A stretch of 64,000 nucleotides of DNA from an uncultured virus (IMG/VR IMGVR_UViG_3300027732_000002). Taxonomy: Duplodnaviria > Heunggongvirae > Uroviricota > Caudoviricetes. The stretch lies in the IMG/VR virus record IMGVR_UViG_3300027732_000002; one strand, 5' to 3'. This document shows positions 8,613 through 18,575 of this stretch, piece after piece. Within the stretch, counting starts at the first letter, position 1; each line of letters starts with the position of its first letter. Below the pieces are notes generated by a model. It did no database searches. It was not told where the DNA came from and saw nothing but the letters and a program-made list of their open reading frames with translations. Position numbers and translations under genes: made by a program.

Positions 8613-10216
8613 GCGCTTCAGAGCTTAGTGATACTCTTAAAAGACATATATTTGACTTATTTAAATCAGATAAGATTAATGTACAAAACTTTGAAAATGC
8701 TAGCAGAGCTACCGTTTTTACTAAGTACAAAGATTCCAAAGCTCTACGTTCAGCATATAACTCAGCAAAATCTGGTCAAACATCTATAGTATCAGTAGAT
8801 TCTACTAGACTACTATTTAATCAAATTATTGCTGCTGCTAAAAAAGAAAGTATGGAAGATGCAGCAAAAGAAATATTAAATGCACCCGGACTTATTGAAG
8901 GTTTTATTGCAAAGTTAAAGGTAGATTTTGCTAGTAGTATAGAAAACGTAGGACTGTCACAAAATGACTTAGCAATACGTATTAGAAATATACCAATAAA
9001 AACAGTACGTGATGAGTTTATATTTTATTTAGAGACTAATAGCCAAATAAATCCTGCTTTGCTTAATATTATAGCTTCTGAAATACAAACCGGCCACTTG
9101 GCAGGGGTATTTACATATAAAATTGTTTTAGCTCTTGGTGCAAATATCTCTATAGGTGCAACATATAGAGATATTACTATCTCTTTTAAAGATAAAGAAG
9201 TTACTGAGGCCAATCGAGGTTATACTAATCTAATAACGCAAATGACAAAACTTCTGCTAGATGCAGACTATGTAACTAGCGGTTTAACTAATAGATTAGA
9301 TATTTTTACTACCGCTACTAAAGAAACATTTGATCCTATTAGTAATAATTTTACTTCCGTATTGCAGTTTACAGGCGATAACGGGGATGCTGGTATAGCA
9401 GTATTGGAAGCAGGCGAGAAATTAAATAAATTAATTTCAATATACTCCAATAAGAATCAATTGAGCAATGCTGATTTAGACAGACATTTTACTGATTTAA
9501 TTAAATCAATGCAACCTGTAGTTGATTTGATTATTGAAAAAGCTAAATCAGTAACCGATATGCCAACTGCTACTGATTTAAAAGGAGATATCCTTAAAGA
9601 TACAGCTAGTTTTAAAAATGTAATCGATATTTTAGTAAAATCTAAGGGTTCTGCTTCTATGTATGAAGCCCCTGTTCTGCATATACTAAGTATACTTAGA
9701 ACAGGTTTAGACCCAAAAGCTGAAAAAACAGTAGTAAAAGCAAGTAAGAAAATAGTAGGTAAAGACTCAGATGGTAAACAAATAAGCAAAGTTATAAAAG
9801 GGGCTATTACTCAACTTGATAAAGCTAAAAAGCTTATAAAAAAGCAACAGCAGCAAATTAGAATTAAAAATACAGCTGCAAAAACTACCAACTTAGTCAA
9901 CCTGCAAAACATAATCAATCAAGGATTGGCCAAACAGATTCAGAGTAACATGGGTACAGGTAGCGCCACAAAAGTACTTAACTACCGTACTGGTCGTTTA
10001 GCAGAGTCGGCCAAGGTGGAGACCATGTCAGAGTCTCGTCAAGGTATGATTACTGCTTTTTACTCCTACATGCGTAATCCTTATCAATATGCCTTCGGTG
10101 AAGGCGGTAGCCAAGAATTTCCCACATCCCGAAACCCTAAGTTGTTGATTGCACAATCAATTAGACAATTAGCAGGCACACAAGTTGCAAACAGAATGAG
10201 AGCTGTGTTAGTATGA
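8609..10216 (+). CDS. Tail completion/neck protein (T5 p143-like C-terminus) with long N-terminal extension
   Basis: C-terminal LNYRTGRLAESA..YSYMRNPY..F..RNPKLLIAQSIRQLA motif; synteny. Confidence 0.7.
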   Translation: MSASELSDTLKRHIFDLFKSDKINVQNFENASRATVFTKYKDSKALRSAYNSAKSGQTSIVSVDSTRLLFNQIIAAAKKESMEDAAKEILNAPGLIEGFIAKLKVDFASSIENVGLSQNDLAIRIRNIPIKTVRDEFIFYLETNSQINPALLNIIASEIQTGHLAGVFTYKIVLALGANISIGATYRDITISFKDKEVTEANRGYTNLITQMTKLLLDADYVTSGLTNRLDIFTTATKETFDPISNNFTSVLQFTGDNGDAGIAVLEAGEKLNKLISIYSNKNQLSNADLDRHFTDLIKSMQPVVDLIIEKAKSVTDMPTATDLKGDILKDTASFKNVIDILVKSKGSASMYEAPVLHILSILRTGLDPKAEKTVVKASKKIVGKDSDGKQISKVIKGAITQLDKAKKLIKKQQQQIRIKNTAAKTTNLVNLQNIINQGLAKQIQSNMGTGSATKVLNYRTGRLAESAKVETMSESRQGMITAFYSYMRNPYQYAFGEGGSQEFPTSRNPKLLIAQSIRQLAGTQVANRMRAVLV

Positions 10217-10650
10217 CTAAGCGTACTTCGATTACAAAAGCTTTAGTAGAAAAGCTAAAGACAAACCTAAATGGTACAACCTATACTAGCAATATCTTCA
10301 ATAATGCTTACCCTAAAATCAAGTTTTGGGATGAGGTTGAAGATTTTCCTTGTATTTATGCAACACCAGGCTCAGAAGCCCGAGAATATATGCCCGGTGA
10401 TTTCACTTGGGGGTTCTTAGGAATTAGTATGAAACTATACTGCCATGGCGAGTTTGCTCAAGAACAGCTAGAACAGTTGTTACAGGATGTTGAAGACGTC
10501 ATTGACGCAAATAGGGTGTTGGTATACGATGATACCAACAACTACGAAACAACCGAAATTTTATTAACCTCAATAACCACAGATGAAGGCCTCTTAGCGC
10601 CTTACGCAATCGGAGAGATAAATCTTCAGGTGCGTTATGTAATAATGTAA
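10213..10650 (+). CDS. Tail terminator protein (T5 p142-like)
   Basis: RTSITKALV, FWDEVEDFP, EAREYMP and SITTDEGLLAPYAIGEI motifs. Confidence 0.85.
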   Translation: MTKRTSITKALVEKLKTNLNGTTYTSNIFNNAYPKIKFWDEVEDFPCIYATPGSEAREYMPGDFTWGFLGISMKLYCHGEFAQEQLEQLLQDVEDVIDANRVLVYDDTNNYETTEILLTSITTDEGLLAPYAIGEINLQVRYVIM

Positions 10651-10705
10651 GATTTTTCAACATATGTTTTTGTTGTTAACAAAGCATACAAACTAAGGAA
10701 TAATA

Positions 10706-12175
10706 ATGGCTGGTTTTAATCTAATCAGGAACGCTAGAGCGTTCTTTACAACAAATGTAAGTGCCACAGATGGCACAGTCACCGCCACTGGCGCCCTACC
10801 TGCAAATACTTTCGAACTCCAACTAATGAATGGGTTCAGTTTTAGTCAAAATACAACTAACCAAGTAGTAACAGTTAGTGAAGCAGGTACTGCTCCCGCA
10901 CGTAGTCAACGTAGTTTTAATACTGCTCTAGAGCCCGTAGATTTTACTTTTTCTACATATATGCGCCCTACAGGTACTACTACTGTTAACTGCGAAGAAC
11001 GCGTTCTTTGGAATGCCTTACTAAGCAACAAGGCTATTGATACAACAGGTACTTCACTTGCTTCAGTAGCTTCATTTACTCGTACAGCTAGTAGCAATAC
11101 TGTTTCATTTACATGTACAGCATTTGACCTTGCAACAGCTGGATTTGCTGTGAACGACGTTATCACAATCAGCAGCATCTTAGGTACAGATGCCAACGAA
11201 TGGAATACCCCTGCTACAATTACTGCAATTGCAGGAACAACAGCAGCTTGTACTGGCCTAACTATTGCATATCTAACAGCTCCTGCAGGCGCAGGTGTAT
11301 CACCTGTAACAGTACCAACAACTCTCAAGATTCACAAAGGTGCTATTACTCAAAACCTTGCAGCAGGCACCGAAGCTTCTTACTTACTAGCTCACTGTGG
11401 TGGCTCTAATAAGAATCAATTACAAGTTTTTGGTATGGTAATTGTTATTGACACAGTTACTTACTTCATTGATAACTGTGTACTAGATCAAGCCTCTATT
11501 GAATTTGGACTAGACGGTATTGCAATGATTGCTTGGACTGGTAAGGCCAGTGCCCTACGTCAAGTAGCTCAAACTACCGATACTGCAGGTACACTAGCTG
11601 GTGGTTATGCAGGTACCTATCTAGCTAAAGTAACAACTGCTAAGTTCATCACAAATAAGCTTAGTACAGTAACACTAAAGAGTACATTCCGCGGAGCAGG
11701 TACTTCACCGGTTAGTTATGTTGTAGCACTAACAGGCGGTACTTTAACTATTGCTAATAATGTTACCTATATTACTCCTGAAATTATGGGTACGGTTAAT
11801 AAGCCTACTACATACTTTACCGGAACACGTAGTATTACTGGTAGTTTAAATGCTTATCTAAAGTCTGGTAGCACAAACACTGGTGGTCTACTATCACAGC
11901 TATTAACAGAAGCTAGCACAATTACTGAACCTAAGTACTATACTGAGATTCATGTTGGTGGTTCTGCTAATACAGTTAGAGTCGAGCTAGAAATGCCTGC
12001 CGTTTCTCTACAGATTCCTACTATTGACGCAGGAGCTGATGTTCTTTCTACAGTAATTAACTTTACTGCTCAAGGTTTCGATGGTGCTCTATCAACAGCA
12101 GCAGGGCTCGCCGCCGCAGCTTACGATGTAGAAGGATCAAACGATCTACTAGTTCGTTACTACTCAGCAGCTTAA
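10706..12175 (+). CDS. Major tail tube protein (T5 pb6-like)
   Basis: NLIRNARAFF, VSEAGTAPARSQRSFNTALEPVDFTFSTY, GGTLTIANNVTYITPE and FTGTRSITGSLNAYL resemble pb6. Confidence 0.88.
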   Translation: MAGFNLIRNARAFFTTNVSATDGTVTATGALPANTFELQLMNGFSFSQNTTNQVVTVSEAGTAPARSQRSFNTALEPVDFTFSTYMRPTGTTTVNCEERVLWNALLSNKAIDTTGTSLASVASFTRTASSNTVSFTCTAFDLATAGFAVNDVITISSILGTDANEWNTPATITAIAGTTAACTGLTIAYLTAPAGAGVSPVTVPTTLKIHKGAITQNLAAGTEASYLLAHCGGSNKNQLQVFGMVIVIDTVTYFIDNCVLDQASIEFGLDGIAMIAWTGKASALRQVAQTTDTAGTLAGGYAGTYLAKVTTAKFITNKLSTVTLKSTFRGAGTSPVSYVVALTGGTLTIANNVTYITPEIMGTVNKPTTYFTGTRSITGSLNAYLKSGSTNTGGLLSQLLTEASTITEPKYYTEIHVGGSANTVRVELEMPAVSLQIPTIDAGADVLSTVINFTAQGFDGALSTAAGLAAAAYDVEGSNDLLVRYYSAA

Positions 12176-12184
12176 CGTTTCCAT

Positions 12185-12220
12185 AGAGAGCAGCTTGATC
12201 ACTGCTCTCTCTTTTTGTTT
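12185..12220 (+). terminator. Intrinsic terminator after tail tube gene
   Basis: AGAGAGCAG-cttgatca-CTGCTCTCT followed by CTTTTTGTTT. Confidence 0.7.
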
Positions 12221-12246
12221 AATATAATAATCAGGATAATAATCCC

Positions 12247-12681
12247 ATGTCAACTGACAAAATTTCTACTCTTTCACTAAAGTCACTACTAGTCCCAAGT
12301 AAGTCTATTGAAATGGACTTCCCAGGATTTAATGGTTTTAAGGTAAATCTTAGTTTCCTAAGTCGTGAGACTCTAGTAGCTATTCGCAAGAAAGCAACAA
12401 AGATCACCTTTAAAAATCGACAGCCAACAGAAGAACTAAATGATGATCTTTTCCTAGAACTTTATGTTCAAGCATCTGTAAAAGGATGGTCTGGTTTCAA
12501 ACTTACCTATCTAGAACAACTAGCCCCAGTAGATCTAAGTAAGCAGGATCTAGAATCTGAGTTAGAATTTAGTGATGAAAATGCTCTATTCCTAATGAAG
12601 TCTAGTTCAAACTTTGACTCATGGGTAAGTGAACAGGTCACAGACTTGGGAAACTTTCAGAAGAACAGCGCGAACAAATAA
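12247..12681 (+). CDS. Tail assembly chaperone (gpG-like)
   Basis: Between tail tube and tape measure; VKGWSG and FDSWVSE motifs; ends just past a slippery GGGAAAC. Confidence 0.8.
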   Translation: MSTDKISTLSLKSLLVPSKSIEMDFPGFNGFKVNLSFLSRETLVAIRKKATKITFKNRQPTEELNDDLFLELYVQASVKGWSGFKLTYLEQLAPVDLSKQDLESELEFSDENALFLMKSSSNFDSWVSEQVTDLGNFQKNSANK

Positions 12682-13028
12682 GTAATCAGCTGCAGTCTTA
12701 CTACCAAAATGCTGCGGTAGGGATGACAAAAGATAGTTACTTTGAAATGTGTGAGGCGTTAGGATCGGAACCTATAGAGACCGAAATACCCGTAGAGTAC
12801 GATGACTTTCCTGTAGAAGTACAGGAAGCCATTAGAATTTACAATAATCTTCAGGACAACTGGGATTACATGGGTGGCAACTATATAGGTAAAAATCTTA
12901 ATGGCTTTAAAGATATTCTAAGTATTTTTGAAGTAGACCCTCAAGATTATCGTGCTGTTTATGAACTGATTATGCGAATTGATCGGATCCGAGCAAAAAG
13001 CATACAAGATAGTAAACCAAAAACCTAA
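12648..13028 (+). CDS. Tail assembly chaperone -1 frameshift extension (gpGT-like)
   Basis: The -1 frame is open from G GGA AAC (12648-12654) through ATG 12723 to 13028. Confidence 0.8.
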   Translation, partial: GKLSEEQREQISNQLQSYYQNAAVGMTKDSYFEMCEALGSEPIETEIPVEYDDFPVEVQEAIRIYNNLQDNWDYMGGNYIGKNLNGFKDILSIFEVDPQDYRAVYELIMRIDRIRAKSIQDSKPKT

Positions 13029-13052
13029 AAGCCCCTTTCGAGGGGCTTTTTT
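13027..13052 (+). terminator. Intrinsic terminator
   Basis: AAAAGCCCCT-ttcg-AGGGGCTTTTTT. Confidence 0.9.
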
Positions 13053-13081
13053 ACGTTTGTACCACCAGAAAAAATAACAAA

Positions 13082-13110
13082 TTGACTTTTGAAGCCCTTA
13101 GTGGTATAAT
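13082..13110 (+). promoter_or_regulatory. Sigma70/T5-type promoter for tape measure and tail tip operon
   Basis: TTGACT-17 bp-TATAAT. Confidence 0.85.
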
Positions 13111-13164
13111 TGTTGGTTAGGTATAAACACCTCAAAAAATTTACATTTGCATCACGGAGTGTTC

Positions 13165-16100
13165 ATGGCAAATAATACAGTAAGTATTGGTATTGACGTA
13201 TCAGACAACGGTTCAACTGTTAATCTGATTAAGAAAGTAAAGAATTTAAAAGACCTACTAACTCAAACTGCCAGTATTGCCTCTAGTATTAGTGTAGGGG
13301 GCACAGGGGGTGGATCCAGTCGTACTGGTGGTACTGGTGGTACTGGTGGTACTGGTGGTACTGGTGGTGGACGACCACGTTCAGGCCCACCACCCTCTGG
13401 CGGGGCAGCAGGACCTGCTAACCCTAGCGGTGGAGGCACTTACGGCCAGGCTCGTGCTACAATGGGCACTGGAGCGGAAGCTCGCGACTTTGCTAAGCAG
13501 TCAGAGGGGCTTGGGGGACTAGTTCGACTTTATGCCACTTACGCTGCAAACATTTATGCTGCTGGAGCTGCGTTCCGCGCTCTTTCAGAAGCCGCAAGTA
13601 CTGCAAACATTATACAAGGCTTAAATCAACTTGGAGCCACTAGTGGAGTAGCTCTAGGCACTCTGTCTAAACAGTTTGCTCTAGCAAGTGGTGGGGCAAT
13701 TTCTCTAAGAGAAGCAATGCAGGCTACTGCACAGGCTACTTCAGCTGGATTAACTAGTAAACAGTTTCTACAGCTAGGTGAGGTAGCCAAAAAAGCCTCA
13801 CAGGCTTTAGGTGTTAACATGAGCGACGCAGTAAGTCGCCTTACTCGCGGCATTACTAAGTTAGAGCCAGAATTACTAGATGAACTTGGTATATTTACTA
13901 AGATAGGTCCTGCGACTGAAAACTATGCTAAGTCTATAGGTAAAACAGCCGCCTCCCTAACAGACTTTGAAAGACGTCAAGCATTTGCTAACGCAGTTTT
14001 AAAAGAAGGGGCAGATAAATTCTCTGATATTAACATTCCTACTAATCCTTACGACAAGTTATCGGCTAGTTTAGCTAATTTGAGCTATGAGTCTCTATCA
14101 GTAGTTAATAAGGCACTGTTACCTTTAGTAGATGCTTTATCTAAAAGCCCGGGAACACTACTAGCCATTATTACTACTCTTGCAGTTGTAATGGCTAAAC
14201 AAGCAATACCTGCTTTAACTCAATTCAGAGCAAGTCTCGCAGCTAGTGCTTTAGCCTCACAAGCTCAGGCAAACGAAACAAATAATGTTATTGCAGGACT
14301 ACGTGCACAAGGTGCTGCCCTAACTACTCACGAATTAGTAATGCAAAGAGTTGCAGCCAGTGCTACAAGATCCGCTGCTGCTTATAATATATTATCAAAT
14401 GCTATAGAAAATACCCGTATCAGCGGAGCTACTGGTGCTTTTAGACTGCTGCGTGCTGAGTTAGCATTAAATACAGCCGGGTTTGGATTTTTTGCTAAAT
14501 CTGTTCTACTTGCTAGAGGTGCTCTAGCAATAATATTTACAGGTATAGGAGCTTTAGTATCAGCATTTAGTGGTGTACTAGTAGTAATTACTTTGTTAGC
14601 AACAGCTTTTCAATTTCTAGGCGAATATATGTCCGAGAATAGAGAAGAAGTAGGCAAATTTAATGAAGCTATAAAATCCCAAGACGAATACACACAGGCT
14701 CTTACCCGCACAACAGAAAAATATGCTGGTACTCTAACGACTCAATCCGTAATAGCACAAGCAACTGCATTTGGTAATTTATCCGATGGTATTGCTACTT
14801 CTATTCAGGCTCTACAAAAAGCAGAAATAGCAAGCGGTACATTTAGCGGTTTAATGGACGATATTAGGTCTTGGTGGGGCGGTGATTTAAGATCTGTATT
14901 TGCTGAGAGTACTACCACTAGTATAGTTGAAGGCTTAAAAGCAATTGACAACGAGAAAATACGTAAAGAAGCCGAGGAATCGATTGCTAAGGCCTTAAAT
15001 ATTCAACAATTAACAGAACCAGCAATGAAAGCGGCTCTAGAAGGACTTAACCCTTCAGACCTGAAAGCGTTTGAACAATTATGGGAAACTCTTAAAAATA
15101 AAACTATAGCAGCAACCGGTCCTTTACAAGACGTTTCAGAGGGATTTAAAGAAGTAAATAAAGAGTTCCAAGCCCTTTCAAATAGCCTAATCAATAATGA
15201 TCCCCTATCAAAATTTGGGGCGGCACTAATAAAACAATCCCATATATTAGCTTTAGCATTTAAAGAACCAACTAATGCCCTAGCTACTTTAAATACTATA
15301 ATGAAGGATACTTCAAGTATCGCAGCTTTTCCTCCAGAAAGCCAAAAAGCTATATTAGAAGTAGCAAAAAACTATGGTGCAGTATCTGCGGAGCTAAAGA
15401 AGTACCAAAAAGAACTCGCAGTAATTCAAGCTAACCAAGCAAAGGCTGCTATAGAGCAAGCTGCGGGCACTGCAGGATTTGTTTCTATGGGAGGACCAAA
15501 GCCTATTAAGGCTATGGACCAAGCAACCGGAGGCCCCCGAGCCAGTGACGAATCACGAATAAAGTGGTTATCCGATCAAATCTTACAAAAGCAAAAAGAT
15601 TTAGATGATAAGTTAGTAAAATCTTTAGCACTTGCGACTAAAGAAGGTTTTAGATTAATTGAAGGCCCGCTTACTCGCGCTATCAGTCAAGCAGGTATCG
15701 ATAGTCAGAAAACTCTATTGGGATATCTACCAAAAACTAAAGAAACAGTTGGCACGGCTGCTGACTTAGAAATTCAATCTATTGAATTAAAGAAAGAAGA
15801 GCTGATAGAAACACGTAGATTAACTGATGCTATCAATCTAAGTAGATTATCCGAAGAAAAACGAGAGTTAAAAGCTAAAGAACTAGATCCAACTGGAAAA
15901 GGTCTGACTAAAGAAATTGCTATAAGGCTTAATGAAATAAAAGTTGAAGAACAAGCCATTAAAGATCCTAGTAAGATAAAAGTAGGTACCGCCACTCCTG
16001 GTGTTAGTGCTATATACCAACAAAATGTTGGATATCAGGCAAAGTTAAAAGAACTAGAATCGCAAGAAACTCAGGTTAGAATCAAAAAAGCTGTTGATGT

Positions 16101-17610
16101 TGCTATAGCAGATATAGATGATTTAGTAAGTAAAAGTCAAGATAAGCTAGATGATTTAGCTAAAAGCAATGTAAACTACTTTAAGAGTGCAGCTTTTACT
16201 AGAATGAGTGATGTAGCACAGTTAGATGAAAAAACCAGAAGTGCTAAAGAAGAGCAAGAACAATCAGATGCTATTGCACGAGATAAAGCTTCTAAAGATA
16301 CACGTAGAGCCGAAATAGTAGCAAAACTAGCCACTACCCCTGCAGTACAAGAAGATGCAAAAAAAGCAGTTGAATACGCTAAGGGTCGTGAAACAGCACT
16401 AAAAAGTCAGCAAGATGCAAGTAGGGAACTAGTAGCCACTGCTGCTGAAAATGCTAGGACTCAATTAATAATCACTAAAAGTCTAGACGATCAACTAGCA
16501 CTACTAGAAGATAATTCTAAGCTAGCAGATATTAAATCACAGCGCGACAGTCAAGAACTGGACTCAACAGCTCAAAAGTTAGATTTTGAAATGTCTCTAG
16601 GTAAACTATCAGACGACCAATATAGAATCCAAAAGCGTATTAATGACTTAAAAAGCTTAGAACTAGATACTACTAATCAACTACGCAAAGCAACTGAAAA
16701 CTACAACAAAGAACAACTAGAAATAGAGAAAAAGCTAGCAGATAAAACTTCTGCACCTATTGGTTCCGATAAAGAACTAGAACTCGTCAATCAAAAAATT
16801 GCTAGTAAAGAGCTTTATGCATCAGGTACTGAGGCAATTAAAGCAGCTGCTGCTCTAAAATCCGAATCAATAAACCTACTTGCTAGTGTTGATTCACGCA
16901 CAAAAACCTATTCAGATGCTTTTAATGGTACAGTTAATAGTATGAGTGATGCTCTAGTTGACTTTGCAATGACTGGCAAAGCAAGTTTTGGTGATATGAT
17001 TGAGTCTATGATACTAGACCTAATCAAGTTTGAACAGCGTCAAATGATGATGGCAGCTTATCAAGGTATGGGTGGTTCTGGTGGTGTTCTAGGGGCTCTT
17101 GGTAGTATAGCGGGTAGTGTAGGTGCATCCTTATTTGGACCGTCAACTGCAACGGCCTCAGAACTTGCTAATAACGGTGGTTGGGGAGATGCTGGTGGTA
17201 GTATGAGAGTACCTAAAGCATTAGGTGGTGCTTACGATCAAGGCATAGAAACATTTGCTAAAGGCGGCGCTTTTAGCAATACAATCGTCACCAGACCAAC
17301 TACTTTTGCCTTTGCAAAGGGCACAGGTCTAATGGGCGAATCTGGTCCTGAGGCCATCATGCCCCTAAAGCGTGGTGCTAATGGTTCACTAGGTATCCAA
17401 GGCGGTGGTGGTGGTAATGTTGATGTTGTGGTTAATAACTACGGCTCTGAAAAAGCACAAACCAAAGAAAGCACAGATGCTCGAGGCAATCGTAAGATAG
17501 AAGTTATTATTGGCGAAATGACGGCAGCAGAAATGAATCGTCCAAACTCGCCAGTTCAATCAAGCATGAGGAATACCTTTGGTCTTGCTCCAAGCTTAAC
17601 AAGGAGATAA
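13165..17610 (+). CDS. Tape measure protein
   Basis: About 1480 aa, helical and Ala-rich, with central hydrophobic segments. RLTRGITKLEPELLDELGI is T5 pb2-like; C-terminal FAKGG..MGESGPEAIMPLKR is lambdoid-type. GGAG SD before ATG 13165. Confidence 0.92.
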   Translation: MANNTVSIGIDVSDNGSTVNLIKKVKNLKDLLTQTASIASSISVGGTGGGSSRTGGTGGTGGTGGTGGGRPRSGPPPSGGAAGPANPSGGGTYGQARATMGTGAEARDFAKQSEGLGGLVRLYATYAANIYAAGAAFRALSEAASTANIIQGLNQLGATSGVALGTLSKQFALASGGAISLREAMQATAQATSAGLTSKQFLQLGEVAKKASQALGVNMSDAVSRLTRGITKLEPELLDELGIFTKIGPATENYAKSIGKTAASLTDFERRQAFANAVLKEGADKFSDINIPTNPYDKLSASLANLSYESLSVVNKALLPLVDALSKSPGTLLAIITTLAVVMAKQAIPALTQFRASLAASALASQAQANETNNVIAGLRAQGAALTTHELVMQRVAASATRSAAAYNILSNAIENTRISGATGAFRLLRAELALNTAGFGFFAKSVLLARGALAIIFTGIGALVSAFSGVLVVITLLATAFQFLGEYMSENREEVGKFNEAIKSQDEYTQALTRTTEKYAGTLTTQSVIAQATAFGNLSDGIATSIQALQKAEIASGTFSGLMDDIRSWWGGDLRSVFAESTTTSIVEGLKAIDNEKIRKEAEESIAKALNIQQLTEPAMKAALEGLNPSDLKAFEQLWETLKNKTIAATGPLQDVSEGFKEVNKEFQALSNSLINNDPLSKFGAALIKQSHILALAFKEPTNALATLNTIMKDTSSIAAFPPESQKAILEVAKNYGAVSAELKKYQKELAVIQANQAKAAIEQAAGTAGFVSMGGPKPIKAMDQATGGPRASDESRIKWLSDQILQKQKDLDDKLVKSLALATKEGFRLIEGPLTRAISQAGIDSQKTLLGYLPKTKETVGTAADLEIQSIELKKEELIETRRLTDAINLSRLSEEKRELKAKELDPTGKGLTKEIAIRLNEIKVEEQAIKDPSKIKVGTATPGVSAIYQQNVGYQAKLKELESQETQVRIKKAVDVAIADIDDLVSKSQDKLDDLAKSNVNYFKSAAFTRMSDVAQLDEKTRSAKEEQEQSDAIARDKASKDTRRAEIVAKLATTPAVQEDAKKAVEYAKGRETALKSQQDASRELVATAAENARTQLIITKSLDDQLALLEDNSKLADIKSQRDSQELDSTAQKLDFEMSLGKLSDDQYRIQKRINDLKSLELDTTNQLRKATENYNKEQLEIEKKLADKTSAPIGSDKELELVNQKIASKELYASGTEAIKAAAALKSESINLLASVDSRTKTYSDAFNGTVNSMSDALVDFAMTGKASFGDMIESMILDLIKFEQRQMMMAAYQGMGGSGGVLGALGSIAGSVGASLFGPSTATASELANNGGWGDAGGSMRVPKALGGAYDQGIETFAKGGAFSNTIVTRPTTFAFAKGTGLMGESGPEAIMPLKRGANGSLGIQGGGGGNVDVVVNNYGSEKAQTKESTDARGNRKIEVIIGEMTAAEMNRPNSPVQSSMRNTFGLAPSLTRR
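13324..13368 (+). repeat. Perfect 9-bp tandem repeat (ACTGGTGGT)x5 encoding (TGG)5
   Basis: Read directly in the tape measure N-terminal linker. Confidence 0.9.
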
Positions 17611-17616
17611 AAGTAA

Positions 17617-17997
17617 ATGGCATATTCATATACGTGGCCCGCAGGGCTGCCCCAGGTTCCACAAAAAGGCTATACGGAAGACAAAGGATTTATCCTTATT
17701 AAAACTCCTATGGACTCAGGACCTGCTAAAATACGTAAGCGCGGCAAGCGACCAGACGTTTTGAATGTGTCGTTTATTATGACAAACGATCAGGTAGCAA
17801 TACTGCAGAACTTTGTGGAGTACACTATTCTAGGTACTGCTCGTTTTGCTTTCCCACATCCTAGGCTTAGTACTACATTAGCACCTAGTATTGCTGAGGT
17901 TAGAATTGCTCCGCAGGGTGAGGGTGTGATGTATACCATGTCATACCTTGCTCCTGATTATTACACCGTTACACTCCAACTAGAAATAATGCCATGA
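17617..17997 (+). CDS. Distal tail (Dit)/minor tail protein
   Basis: WPAGLPQ..TPMDSGPAKIRKR..GTARFAFPHP; directly follows the tape measure gene. Confidence 0.7.
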   Translation: MAYSYTWPAGLPQVPQKGYTEDKGFILIKTPMDSGPAKIRKRGKRPDVLNVSFIMTNDQVAILQNFVEYTILGTARFAFPHPRLSTTLAPSIAEVRIAPQGEGVMYTMSYLAPDYYTVTLQLEIMP

Positions 17998-18575
17998 GTA
18001 GATTAGCGAGTCTATCACCAGCAGCAATAAAGGCAATGTTTTCAACTGAAAGCGATGCCACACTAATGACACTAATCACAATCTACGACCCAACAAGTAC
18101 TAATGTTAATACTGTAGCAGCACGACTTTGTGATAACTACTTACAACGGCTAGATACTAACAGTATTATTGGATTAGTAGGCTATCCTGCTAGTGATCAA
18201 ACCGTAGTAACTGATGGTAATGACCTAGTATACGGAGTTGTAAGTCGTAGCAATAACTATATATTTTTACCTGTTGAGATCAGTCTGCCCACTGAGGAGG
18301 ACAACTCAGCACCAAAATGTAGCCTAGTAATTCGCGATGTTACTCGCTACTTAACACCTCTTATTCGAAACATTCAATCACCTCCTAGAGTGTTAATCGA
18401 ACTAGTACTTACATCTACTCCTGATGTAGTAGAAGCTAGTTTTTCTAGTTTTTATATTACAAATATTACTTATAATGCTGATACCGTAACCTGCGAGTTG
18501 GCAATGACAGATTTTGCGGTAGAGCCTTTTCCCTGCTTTACTTTTACTCCTCAATTCTTTCCAGGAATATTCTAA
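17994..18575 (+). CDS. DUF1833-like tail tip protein (gpL-like position)
   Basis: FLPVEISLP..APKCSLVI, IELVL.STPDVVE, EPFP..FTPQFFPGIF. Confidence 0.7.
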   Translation: MSRLASLSPAAIKAMFSTESDATLMTLITIYDPTSTNVNTVAARLCDNYLQRLDTNSIIGLVGYPASDQTVVTDGNDLVYGVVSRSNNYIFLPVEISLPTEEDNSAPKCSLVIRDVTRYLTPLIRNIQSPPRVLIELVLTSTPDVVEASFSSFYITNITYNADTVTCELAMTDFAVEPFPCFTFTPQFFPGIF

